DNA from: Fimicolochytrium jonesii
Taxonomy: Eukaryota
Length of the DNA: 64,000 bases
Reading direction: 5' to 3'
NCBI RefSeq assembly: GCF_025526975.1
Contig: NW_026515683.1
Location: forward strand, 620,001-684,000
Part shown: piece after piece, positions 28,759-40,473 of the stretch
Position numbering within the stretch: the stretch's first letter is position 1
How the letters are laid out: the number at the start of each line of letters is the position of its first letter
Translations under genes and position numbers: made by a program
Notes under the pieces: model-generated
The model's database searches: none
What the model was told of the DNA's origin: nothing
Seen by the model: only the letters and a program-made list of their open reading frames with translations

Positions 28759-29591
28759 GGACGTGGTGGGGCGTATCTACGTATGTGTAGCACATTCAAC
28801 TTTGTCTGAGACGTTTTCGTAGAGTTTGTAGATTCCATAGCAGTCTCAAGTCGTAACCTTTCTTCTACGCATTTCCCTTGTACAAAGAGCAACAAATATA
28901 GCTCTAACCTGAGCGGATTCCCACGACTGACAGCAGCCCGTCAAAACGCCGCTCTGACGCGTTAGAATGCTCTCCGCTTCACATATGCGAATTTCCCAAC
29001 CCCTTGCCCATCCCTCCTGCTTTTCCCCTTCCGCAGAAACACTTTCTGACCTTCTCGCGTTTGCCCCATTCTTCCCTCGAGCCCATTGTACCGTATGAGT
29101 GAATGTGCGTGTAGTCAAATCATTTGCAACGGGCATTGAGGGTTTGTGGAGAGTGTGTGATGGTGATTAATCGTGAGGGGATCGGAAAGTTTCTCTCCAC
29201 ATTTTGCAGGCAGCAGGACACACGGTCTTCCTTCCATGCACAGGGGGAGTACAGGTGGCGTTTGGCTGCGATGGGGTGTGGAGAGAAACCTGCGGGCCTT
29301 GACGTTTGTCAAATGCATGCGTCGGGGTTGGGATAAAAAGCGCGCGGAGGGCTGTTTACTCTCTCCTGCCGGCGTTGACGCGCGGGTTGTTTTGACGCGC
29401 CCACCGTTTACGACCCCCTTCTCTGTTTGCCGCTTCTCTCTCTTGACTTTTCGCTCTGGGCGGGAGAAACACTGCACTGCCGCATTTTAATCAGAAGCGG
29501 GGTTTGAGAGAAGTTGCTCTCCTGCATATCCGCCCGCCCGCCCCAGCCGTTACACATCTGGATCTCGTCGTATCGACGGTATCCCGACATC

Positions 29592-31307
29592 ATGCGCGTC
29601 CTCCCTACATCCAACATCCCGCTGCCCGCGTCGGCCGCTGCGAAACCGGCGCCGGTCCGCTCGGGTCCCGCCACATCTGCGTTAGAGACAAAGCCCGTGG
29701 CTTCCGGGCCGACACCAGCGAGATCCAAACCCTCCCTATTACAGCAACCCAATACACCGCACGCCCCAAAACCACCACCCCGCCGCCGCCGCCTACCCCC
29801 CGAACTCATCACCCAAATCCTCCTCCTCGCCGCCGACCCGCTCGGCAACTCCACCTCCACAACCCAAGGCAACCCAACCCTCTACGCCTTCATGCAATGT
29901 TCCCGCGCTTTCTTCGATCTCGCTGCACCTGTCTTGTGGAAAGCGCCCAGGATCGGGACGAGGGTGGGCAGGGGGGCTTGGAGGGGGTTTGTGGACACTG
30001 TCGCGGGGGTGGGGAGGGGCGGGCGGAGGGGGGCGCGGGGATATGGGAGCCGCAGCACGTATGCGGAGTACGCGGCGTGGATCGAGGTTGTGGAGGATGT
30101 GTGGTTGGTGGTTGGGGCGAGCGATTTGGAGAGCGGGGACGAAGGTGAACCGACGGATGATGGACATACGAATGCAGATACAGATGCATCCCCGACGACA
30201 CCCGCACCGACGTCCAAACGCGATTCGGGAATCTCGCTCCTCGCCCCTGCCCGGAAACCAACGCATGCGTACACCCTCGCGGCGGCACTCACCCTCCTCC
30301 TCCAGCGCGCCGCGAACCTCAAGACCTTGCGACTGCACATGCACAGCGATATACCCGCGGGGCTACCGTGGAGTGGCGTGTTTTGTCGGGAGGCCGGGGG
30401 TGGGTTGCGGGAGTTGGAGGTGTTTATGAGGGTGGATGATGGGTTGTTGGGGAGGATGTTGAGTGTCGGGGATGATACGTCACACCCAACGGAACGGACA
30501 AGGGGGAAAGGAACGCCACGGCCGAACGCACCCGCACTGCAGACGCTCATCCTCCACCACTCCACCCTCACTGCCCCCTCGCTGAACCATCTGCACACCC
30601 ACGCCCCGCATCTCACGCATCTCACGCTAAGATACCGCCCGCCCCCCGCCCACCGCCGCGCACTCCGCTACCCATCCGACACGCACGGCTTCCTCCCACC
30701 CGCCACGATGCGCACTCTCAGCGCGGACTTCAAGGGTCTCAAGACCTGCGTGGTGGGACCCTGGGCGGCCGGGATGCGTGTGGGCGATTTGGCCGGTCTG
30801 CCGGCCGGTGTCCGGACATTATCAGTCACCATCGGGGCCGGTGAAGACACCGACGGCGACGACGACAACCCGCACCCAACCCACTCCCCACATCGCCCCC
30901 TCACCCTCCCCCACCTGACGACCGCGATCCTCCCCACCCTGCCCAACCTCCACACCCTCCACCTCACCTTCCCCCCACCCACCCCGGTCTTCCCCACCTC
31001 CACGTTCCTCTCCGAACGCGCCCTCCTGCGCATCCCCGCCCACGCCCCTGCCCTAAGGCTCGTCACACTTGACATCCCGCACGGCGCCAATGCGCACAAC
31101 CCCGTGGTGTTCTTTTTGAGAGATTCGGCAGAGGACGGGGGAGTCACGGGGATGAGGGAGGTGTATGGCGTCGAGAGTGAGGGCGGGAGCTTTGCGGTGG
31201 ATGAGTTTAGGATGCGGTGGGGAGCGAGGTGGGGGAGGCGGGAGAGGTGGGTTGGCGGCAAGGGAGGGGGGAGGACGGACGGGTGTGAGTTGAGGATTGG
31301 GGGGTGA
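29592..31307 (+). CDS. F-box-like / LRR-like protein
   Basis: RLPPELITQIL...CSRAFFDLAAPVLW F-box-like motif followed by LxxLxL repeats (NLKTLRL, ALQTLIL, HLTHLTL, NLHTLHL). Confidence 0.65.
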   Translation: MRVLPTSNIPLPASAAAKPAPVRSGPATSALETKPVASGPTPARSKPSLLQQPNTPHAPKPPPRRRRLPPELITQILLLAADPLGNSTSTTQGNPTLYAFMQCSRAFFDLAAPVLWKAPRIGTRVGRGAWRGFVDTVAGVGRGGRRGARGYGSRSTYAEYAAWIEVVEDVWLVVGASDLESGDEGEPTDDGHTNADTDASPTTPAPTSKRDSGISLLAPARKPTHAYTLAAALTLLLQRAANLKTLRLHMHSDIPAGLPWSGVFCREAGGGLRELEVFMRVDDGLLGRMLSVGDDTSHPTERTRGKGTPRPNAPALQTLILHHSTLTAPSLNHLHTHAPHLTHLTLRYRPPPAHRRALRYPSDTHGFLPPATMRTLSADFKGLKTCVVGPWAAGMRVGDLAGLPAGVRTLSVTIGAGEDTDGDDDNPHPTHSPHRPLTLPHLTTAILPTLPNLHTLHLTFPPPTPVFPTSTFLSERALLRIPAHAPALRLVTLDIPHGANAHNPVVFFLRDSAEDGGVTGMREVYGVESEGGSFAVDEFRMRWGARWGRRERWVGGKGGGRTDGCELRIGG

Positions 31308-32087
31308 GGGAGCGGTGAGATGAAGGATGGGTGGCTCTTGAGCTCGGTCCTCATCTGTTTGTTATCTTTTGATTCTTGTATCCCTCTTATTGGCAAAGGC
31401 TTTATCAATCTCCTTCTCTTCAAAGATCTCCGTTTCTGGCGAATGAACTCCACCTCGGGTTCGGTGTCGAACTCCTCATATGTGGGGATGAACGCGGGCC
31501 TGCGGGTTGCAGTGCTCATGTTGAAGTTGTTCTTGTCCCCATCATTCTCAACGGCGCTGTCATAGGTCTCTGCCCCAGCTTGACGCTTCCCCTGCCCAGT
31601 CCCAGCGCTACGCTGCCCCCCGCGGCGGACAGCAGAAGTGGTGCTCCGGCTACCGATCGTGCGTAAGCTGCTACGACCCCGGCTGGCCCCACTGCTGCTC
31701 CCGCTGGCTCCCCCCGCCGCTCCTCCGCTGCTCCCACTGCTGCTGCCGCTACCGCCACTGCTGCTGTATTTTTTGGCCATCGTGACGGTAGAATGGTCAA
31801 GTGTTGTGGGTACCGATCTGGGCGTGTGCCTTTTGCGTGCGTGCTAGAGAAGATGTCGGTTGAGAACCACTCTAGCAGAACAACCTGATTCAACCACAGT
31901 GGCTGCGTTGAGGTCAGAAACGTGGGAAGGAAGGGGAAGAAAGGCACAGCACGGTGGCCGGCACTGGCCGCCGCGCGTCTACAGTGCTTCTAGGACGGGT
32001 TGGCTCTGGCAAACTTCACGGACTTGGAGCCTTCTTTTCCTTTTGAAGCCTCCAAACTCATTCCACTGAAGACTGTCGATATTCATC

Positions 32088-33925
32088 ATGGGGGACGACG
32101 AAGCAGCCAAACAAGACGACTTCATCGCTTTCGACATGGACGAAGAGCTCGTCGATCAGCTCGACGGGCCAGTCCCAACCTCCTCAGTAGCAGCCCACGG
32201 CGCCGGCACAGGTTCAAGAACGCCCGCCGCCCGACAGCAATACAACACCCACTCCCGCGGCGAAACAGGCGGTCCCGCCAACCGCCGAGGCCCCCACAAC
32301 GACCCGCGCAATGTCCATTCCGAGCCGCGATTCAGGAAACCAGAGATAAAAAGCCTCGACGTGTTGACGCCGTTACCCATCCCGCCTTGGCAACCGAAAG
32401 ACAGGAAATATTCAAAGAACTTGTTGAAGATGCTGCATGAGGAGATTGACGATTATATCTCGTACTTGATCCCCACCGAAGCTGAGCATGCTATGCGAAG
32501 GCTGACGATCGACCGCATTACGAATGTGGTACATACTGTACGGCCAAAGGCGGATGTGCGCGTTTTTGGGAGTTTCGAGACCAAACTGTATTTACCTTCT
32601 AGGTACGGGCGAATTCCCTTGTGTATGACAAAGATGTTGATCGAAGCCAATTCATCTTACACCCGCGCGCAGTGATGTGGACGTGGTGATATTAGATAAG
32701 ACGATGCATCTCCCACCAATACGGCAAGTAGAGGAGGCCATCCGAAAAGCAGGAATTGCGTCAAAGATCGAATGCATAACAGGCGCCAAGGTACCGAGGC
32801 AGGAGTTCGCATAGTCCCCTAACCCTCTTTTCCACCGAAAACGCGCGACAATCGCTCAAACCCCCCCCCCCCCCCCCCCCCAGGTCCCCATCATCAAGAT
32901 AATAGACTCCATAACAGGCTACCCCGCCGACATCAGCTTCAACGTTGCCGCCGGCGTGCACGCCGCCGAGATCGTCAAAACCTTCCTGGACGATCCGCGG
33001 TGCGGTGAAGGATTACGGCCGCTGCTGCTGATCATGAAGCAGTTCCTGTTGCAACGGAACCTGAATGAGGTTTTTACCGGTGGGATGGGGAGTTACACGC
33101 TGATGAGCATCATTGCGGCGTTTTTGAGGGTATGGGCCGGGGATTCAGATGTCGGTGAGGGTGCGGAAGGGAGGAGCTGATATGTCATGTTGGAATTACG
33201 CAGATGCATCCGAGACTGCAGACGGGACAAATACAGGCGAAAGATAACCTAGGAGTGCTGCTGATAGAGCTGTTGGAGTTTTATGGAGTCAACTTCAACT
33301 ATGAGGTGGTGGGGATCGCGATGGATATGGAAGGAGTGTGGTATTTCCCCAAGGTGAGGTTCGGAGATTGAATGCGGGCGCATGGTCATGGGACGGTTTC
33401 GATTGACAAGCTTGCTTTGGTTTTTTTAGTCAGCGATATCCCCGCCAAATGTATGCCCATTACAACGCGGACCGCCCCGGTACGACGCCCTGTGCGTGAT
33501 AGATCCGCAAGACCAAAGTAAGCCCAAAGTCACCCCCAAACCACCCTCTGCTCTACTCCAAAACCTAACCAAAAAACACCCTCTCCCACCCCCCCCCCCC
33601 CCCCGGCGCCACAGCCAACGAAATAGCCGGCGCAACAAAAGGCTGGCGAATCATCCGCTCCGAATTCGCACGCGCCGCCCAACTCCTCATCGCCATGCTC
33701 GGCGCCGGGTACCAACACCCATCCCGCTCCACGCACGTCACCACCCTCCTCGGCAGCATCCTCACGGTCCGCAGGGAGACGATCGAGCATAGGGAGAGCG
33801 TGCAGGAGAAGTGGGAGGAGATTAGGGGGAGAGTTGGGGAGTATACCCTCGGTGTCGAGTCAGATTTTACAGCGAGGAATGGGAATGGGAATGGTGCGGC
33901 ATCATCATCATCGTCATCGCCCGGC

Positions 33926-33957
<32 letters not shown>

Positions 33958-34249
33958 CCACCACCAACGACCCAACAGCGCAACGAAACGTAAACGCGGC
34001 TACGATAAATTCGACTCATCCGCTGACGACGAACATATCTATGTTTCGGGGACAAGTGAAGACGAAGCCGGTGGTGGTGGGGGTGGGAAAGAGAGAGGTA
34101 GCGACGCGGAATCGGATCAGGATTATCTGAATGAATTGGCTGGGAAAGGAAGCGCTGGTGGGACAGGGAGGAGGGGGAGAGGTGGTGGGCATAACGGGGC
34201 CCAGGGGAGGGTAGTGCATGTTGCAAAGAGGGGGAGGAGGGGGCGGTGA
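32088..34249 (+). CDS. TRF4: Non-canonical poly(A) polymerase, TRF4/PAP2 family
   Basis: LHEEIDDY, VFGSFETKLYLPS|SDVDVVI, KVPIIK, DISFN, KQFLLQRNLNEVFTGGMGSY, NLGVLLIELLEFYG, DPQD; polyQ tail; several introns. Confidence 0.93.
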
Positions 34250-36074
34250 TGGGCACGTTTTTTTTCTGCGATGTGGTTGAGTTTCACACAACAACATTGG
34301 ATCCTTACCCCCCATGTGCACAACGGACGGTCCTCAAATAGTGCACTCTCTGTCATTCTCTCCGCTCGCTCTATTGGACGCTCCCAGCTTCCGTTGGGGT
34401 ACTGTGACAGGCAAAAAAGGAGGTCCGCTGTCTACTGTATACTGTGTATGTATGTATGTCTAGTTCTGCGGCTCAACGCAGAAGAAAGAGAACAGCGCCC
34501 CGCCGGAAGGGACGGAAGCTGGCCGGAAGGGTGCGCTGCCCTCCCATTGCAAGCAGGGAAGCATATTCCTGCAGGCCGTCCAAAAAACAAAACAGAACAC
34601 AAAGTCCACGAACAACCCATCACCCCCTCCCCCCGCACCCCCTCCAACCATCCCGGCAACCCCACCGCAGTCAAACCGCCTCACAAAACGCACCGACCGC
34701 CGGCTCTACACCAACTCCCTCCCCCTCATCCTCCCCCTACGTCTCACGATTCACTTTCCTCACCACCCTCTTTGCCACCTTCCCGCCCGCCCCACCCTAC
34801 AAAGCAACCCTCGACTCCACCGGCTGCGTCCATGTATCCCTCCACGACGCGGACCGGGTACGGAGATCGTAGCGGTCGCTGGCAGAGGAGAGCAGACTAT
34901 GAGCGAACTCTATGGAGTGGGGAGCCGAAGCCCTGTATTGTATAAGAAGGTATACAGTGTTGTCTGAAGTAGGAAGAGGACGCGAGGTCCGGGAAGGAAG
35001 AAAAGGGTGAAGCCCGTACGCGGTGGGGTGGTGGCCGGCAGAAGCGAGGGTCTGTCGAATCAAGGGGGTACGGCCGTGTGTTGGAAAAATAAACTGCCGG
35101 TCTCGATAGCACAAGAAGAGAGCTCACGCTAGAGCGTCGTCTTGCCACCGTAATATCCAGGTGCTTTGAATGGAGTCCTTCTTCTTATACGGGGTCGGGA
35201 AATACGGGTACGGGTACGAAATATCGGGTCGGTAAGATCTGCGGGTTGACTAACAAAACAATACAACGGAGTTGTCAATATCACTCTCAACTATTCTTAC
35301 GAGAATCCTGATCTATCAAGTCCTCTGCGACGTCAGCAAAGTACAAGTCGCGACACTCGGGGTCATCTTGTCTAAGCTCTCGGAGTCTGTGAGCGCGCCT
35401 TGAAAGTCTGAAGGGAACTAGAAGAAGTCGTCGGAAGTAGAGAGATAGCAAAGCTCTGTTGTTGATCGGGATCGGGTGTTCTGCGCATCGTATAGCGTAG
35501 GGGGTCGACATTCGCAACTACCGCTCGCAACCAAACCCATATCGATCGCAAGGATAAACACCGGATGTACGACGGTTCTCGTCATTGGGGAATACGATAG
35601 GATTTCCGCAGAATCCGATCGCCAAGAGGAACCAGAAAATCGCAGCGGAATCTAATACAGTCCATCTACACCGTTTAGCTGCGAGGGTGTGTAGCGGTGC
35701 GCTCCCACTCACGGTGGCTTCGTAATTTGAAAACCTCCAACGACCGTTGTTTCGCTTATCCTTGTTTAGCTTGCATGAGGATGAGAAAAGGTGCGGTCTC
35801 TCTTGCTTAGAGGGGCAAGGGCGACGGAGAACACGCGTATCCTCCACGCGTTACTCTCCCAAGACGACCACCACGACCACCAGGGAGGGGTTCTTCACCG
35901 CAGACCACACACAGCCCATATGTATGTATGACTAGCCATCTCTACTCCATTGGAGATATGCAACGGGCGAGTCCTACTACCAACTACAACCTACCAACCA
36001 TGTGAACGCTACGCCGAACCTCCCAGCACAAAAAGCCGCCCCCACACACATCCCATGAGCGTCGGGCCAATCGC

Positions 36075-37410
36075 TCAAGACCGATCATCCTTGTCAAACT
36101 TGTTAGTCCAAAACCCTCGGTAATGCTTCTTGGCGCCCTCGTCACTGATCTGCTTGATCTCCTCGGGCGTCAGCTTGAAGCTCGAGATGCGGAGATAATC
36201 CTTCAACCGTTGTTCTGGAAAGCAAAAGTCATTAAACATCATCACGACACGCCTCGAAACCGCCCCGCCCAATCCCCCCAAAAAAAATGAAAAAACTCCC
36301 AGTACTCACCCTTCCCACTGGTGGTAATAGCAACCACACCCTGGTCAACACACCACCTCAGACACACCTCCGCCCCACTAACCCCGTACTTCGCCGCCAA
36401 CCCCTCCAGAACCCCATCCACGGGCCCCGGCGCACCCTTCGTCACCGCGGTCAACGGGCCATACGCACTCGTCGCGATTCCATGCTCCTTGTGAAACTCC
36501 AAGAGTCCCGGGTGCTGCAGGTACGGGTGGAACTCGATTTGGTTGTTGGCGGGGGTGATGGTGCAGGTTTGGAGGATGGCAGAGAGGTGCGCGGGGAGGT
36601 AGTTTGACACCCCGATGGATTTGGCGAGGCCGGCTTTGTGGACGGCTTCCATTTCGCGCCACGCGGTTTGGTGGTCGGTGTCGGACGTTGCGAAGAAGGG
36701 GGAGTGGATTAGGTATCTGATTATATAAGAGTGAGTGAGTGGACGGGCGGGACGATGGATGTGAGGGAGGGGAGGCAGGCCACGTACAGATCGACATAAT
36801 CAAGCTGCAGTTTCTTCAAACTGGCCCGGATGGCGCCCGGGATGTCCTTAATGTTATTGTTGACTTTTGTCGTGATGAAGAGCTTGGAGCGGTCCACGCC
36901 GCTTTCTTTGATTGCGAGGCCGAGTTCGGTCTCGGTCTTGTACACTGCGGGGTAAAACAGTGTGAGGGATGTGAAGCGAGGAATGTCGGTTGTGTGCATG
37001 AGCCGTGGGTTGATGGATGAACGATACCCTAGCGAGGAGGATGTTGCGCTGGTTGCATGATCCGGATTCCTGGCCCTACGGCTCAGTGGGCTCGCCATCA
37101 CTCGCATTCTCCTTGCCCCGCTCGGAACCCCCACCCCTCCCGAATCTCCCTACCTTCAGCCCCATCCAAATGGGTATACCCCAACCTGATCGCCGTCTTA
37201 ATCGCCTCCACACACTCCCTATCAACAACGTTCTCGTCCCCCTTTTTGAACCACGCCGTTCCTGTGCCGTAGCCCAACTATTCCGTTTATTTTCGAGAAA
37301 GAGATGTATGTTAAAAAAGGTTGGTTTTACGGGGACTTCCGGAGATGGGAGAGACTTACGGTAGGGATGGAGTGGCCGCTGTTGAGGGTGATGGAAGGGA
37401 TGCCGGTCAT
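36075..37410 (-). CDS. Aldo-keto reductase
   Basis: Spliced [52 protein letters not shown]. Confidence 0.93.
36945..37153 (-). repeat. AKR intron, member of shared intron-sequence family
   Basis: Sense strand CAGGAATCCGGATCA...CAACATCCTCCTCGC...TATCGTTCATCCATCAACCCACGGCTCAT matches the ALKBH6 and SDH1 introns. Confidence 0.8.
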
Positions 37411-38405
37411 TGTGCCGAGTCAAAGCGACTGACTGCGTGGGTTGTGCTGACAGAATCTGGGGGGGGGTGTAATGAGGGTTGTCCGGTCTTATTGGAGAAC
37501 GACGCGTCAGCGGAACATGTATCGCTGTCTAAGTGAAACATTCCCAGACAGTGTTCTCCAGTGGACTCCGACCTAATGGGTACTTTCACAGTGCTCGTCG
37601 CGCGTTCCTATGCACAACAAGTAGTTCTTTTACTGCATATCGCATAGCAGCGCCGACGAACACCCAGTCCGTCTACAATACCTTACAGCAAAGTAGTTAT
37701 TGTATACGAACATCAGTTATACAACCCGTGTGGAAGGTAGTCCACATCACATTGTTGGTAGGGGTGATAGTTCCGTTTGCGCGCATGCCGTTTAGGGCGC
37801 CGTGACGGTGCGGGGGTGGTGGGGGGACCCGGGAGATGCAAATGCAATCCCAGCCGCTCCCCGACATCCCCGTTCAGCCGCACACTCTCCAACACCCCGC
37901 CCACGTCGCCTACGAGCGTCGGGAACCCGCGGGCGATGTTGACTAGGACGGGGATGGCTGATGTTGCACGCGGGTCGATGGGTGGAAGGGGGATGTCGGT
38001 GGTGGTGGGGTCGGTTTTGATGCGGGTTATGAAGGTGGCGACGGGGTGCAGGATGTGGGTTAGGGTCGGGAGGATGAGGGTTTTTGTGAGCGTTAGGCTA
38101 GTATACGGGCAAGTCAAGTGAATTAGGGAATATGTGGATATGGGAATATGAGTCAATCAGGAACGCCCTTTGCCCCTCGTCTCAGCGGGTTCTTGTGCGG
38201 GTGGCGGTGTATAAGGTTGGCCCGCACAATACAAAGCAGTGACGAATCGGATACAAACCAGCCAGAAATAGAAAGGAAGCTTGAGGCCCCAGCGGTGAGA
38301 ACATGAGGTCACCTTCACTTTTCCGCCTCCTTTTCTTTCGTCGACATTCCCGTCGACATTCCCTCATTTTCAATTACTACTACGACATATCCTTTCTGCA
38401 TCGCA

Positions 38406-39413
38406 ATGAGTGCCCAACCTCCTCAGCCAAACCAATATATCGCCTTCCTGGAAACCCTCCCCAAAGCCGATGAAGAGCCGGACTACGTGCGGCCGTTCAT
38501 CGCCATTGTGTGGGAGGCCTTGGCCCACTTTGGGTGGGAAACGCCGTTGAGGCGCATTTTGGAAGAACTCGACACCCCTGTAAGTCGGGACTTCCCCAAC
38601 GTCGTAACGCAGGCTCTTCTGAACGTCTACAGCGACCTGGACAGAGAGGTCCAAAGGTTTCAGTCCGGCCGTGAAGCTACCCCCGTCTCGTCGCCGTACG
38701 GCTCGCCTTCGAGTTCTCCAAGGCCCAGTCCTCCGTCGTCTCCGAGGACCAGACGTCAGACCCTCGGCAGGCCTGAATGGGCGTCCCGGTTTCTGGCCCC
38801 GGGGATTTACTCCTATCTGACTATACCCATAGTCATCGGTTGTCCATTTCAGACGGCCTTCAGGAGCCGCCTCATGGAGCGGGAGGACTCGCGTTGCGCC
38901 ATCACAGGCATGCCAAATACCACTTCTTCTCCCGACGAACCTTCGGGGCCGTTAGAGGCTGCCCATGTCTTCCCATATGCCCTGAGGAATATTGTTCGTG
39001 GCCTCTCGTCGCTGCTTTATCCGCCAGAATTCTTTGAGGTTCTTCGAGGCGGCATGGAGATCGACAGCCCCAGAAATGGGGTTTTGATATCGGCCGCTCT
39101 CCATCGGCAGACGTTTGGGGAGTATTTCCATCTCGAGCACCGTGACGGCCGGTACTTCGTGCGGCAACTCAGGCGGTTTTGGCTGATCGGGCCTGACACG
39201 TTGCCGGACACGATCCAATTTCTCTCGTCGCAGCACGAGCCCCCACATCCCGTCTTGGTGAACGTCCACGCATTGATAGCAATCATCAAGTTCCGGGCTT
39301 CCCAAGCCGAACTTTGGAAAGCAGCGGGCGAGCGGGACGATTTGTTCCCAAGAGACGAAGAAGCGCAGCTACAAAGAGCGGACAGCGAGACTATCCCACC
39401 TTTAGAGATCTGA
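38406..39413 (+). CDS. HNH endonuclease-domain protein (fungal HNH_2 type)
   Basis: FRSRLMEREDSRCAITG...LEAAHVFPY...IDSPRNGVLISAALH...PPHPVLVNVH; uninterrupted 335-aa ORF. Confidence 0.8.
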   Translation: MSAQPPQPNQYIAFLETLPKADEEPDYVRPFIAIVWEALAHFGWETPLRRILEELDTPVSRDFPNVVTQALLNVYSDLDREVQRFQSGREATPVSSPYGSPSSSPRPSPPSSPRTRRQTLGRPEWASRFLAPGIYSYLTIPIVIGCPFQTAFRSRLMEREDSRCAITGMPNTTSSPDEPSGPLEAAHVFPYALRNIVRGLSSLLYPPEFFEVLRGGMEIDSPRNGVLISAALHRQTFGEYFHLEHRDGRYFVRQLRRFWLIGPDTLPDTIQFLSSQHEPPHPVLVNVHALIAIIKFRASQAELWKAAGERDDLFPRDEEAQLQRADSETIPPLEI

Positions 39414-40120
39414 GAAAAGTCTTCGACGATTGTCCCAGGCGCAATAAGATCACGTCATTTGTTTGGTTTTATCCACTGGCCACATGTTCTGAACAGCTAC
39501 CTTGCAGTAAGGTTTAAGATCCGTTGTCCGTTTTCCAGCTTTCCAACTTTCTTCGTGGGGCTGCTCGTCAGGCTGGTGTTTCGTCTTTCACCGACAAGTT
39601 GCAGAATTGAAAGGGGGTGCCGCTGCGTGCCAGGTTAGGGTTGCGGACGGAGATGAACTGCAGCCACGTGATCGGATGGAAATAGTCACGTGGACTCATG
39701 GATGTACGATGCTCCGTCCTGCCTTTCTATTATTACGCGCGTCGTCATTTGCGCCAGAAATCGTCGTGGAGCTTCGGACTGTGGACTCTTGCCCTCGGGC
39801 GAGCGGAGTAAGCGAGAGAAAATGGAGGGTGGGAGGGAGGCCGGCGAGGGAAACAGAGCGTTAGCGACGACCGGCCGCATAGCGACGCTTTGCGAGCGTA
39901 GGGAGCATTTGACGTGATTTGTCCGTGAGCGAAATTGCGCCGGAGCGGCAAGAATGCTCTTGCGAACTCCTACACGCTTGTTGCGGGCGGAGAGCGCGCA
40001 GCGTGTTGTTTCGGCACCCCCCTGCGGCACAACTTTGCTCCTGTCCTATCGGACATGGACTTGCACACGTCTCCTTGTCGTGGGCGGACTTACTCATGGC
40101 GGTTCACCCCATCCATACAG

Positions 40121-40400
40121 GTGTCTGAAGGTGTTGTTGAGCAGGCAGTGTCTCTCTTTATGGAAAACAACGGAGCGCCCCTGCACAGTGGCGAGCCCTC
40201 TGCTTCGACGTCGAATGGAGCTACCTCTGCGAATGCACCTTATATCCCAGCAGACCCTGAAGTGAGGGCGCCCATTGCTTCCAAGAGGGAGGCCTTGTTT
40301 GATGCGGATACATCGCCATTCAGCCATCGTGTTGGACGTGAGTCTGGAAGTGGGGTTGCGCAGTCAAGACTCCCCAGAGCAAATACCCCCTTCGGATCTC
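40121..40400 (+). pseudogene. Orphan exon fragment resembling the UBXN7/Ubx5 N-terminus
   Basis: After a CATACAG acceptor: VSEGVVEQAVSLFMENNG...PEVRAPIASKREALFD, like the UBA-like end and EVRAPI motif of UBXN7 as recalled; no UAS or UBX exons follow. Confidence 0.5.
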
Positions 40401-40473
40401 GATGGAGTAGAAACGATACCTGCCATAACTTCTCCCGCTTAGGTACAGTATACACGACAGCTCTGTACGCCAA

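Noticed and set aside
32860..33960. Poly-C runs and (CAA)n tract
   Set aside because: Simple sequence: intronic homopolymers and a polyQ tract in TRF4.
35287..35847. Two same-frame minus-strand ORFs separated by one stop codon
   Set aside because: No recognisable domain or gene structure; cannot tell pseudogene from noise.
37713..38156. 147-aa minus-strand ORF
   Set aside because: Low-complexity product of the local G/C skew with no motif; may be a gene fragment but is unsupported.
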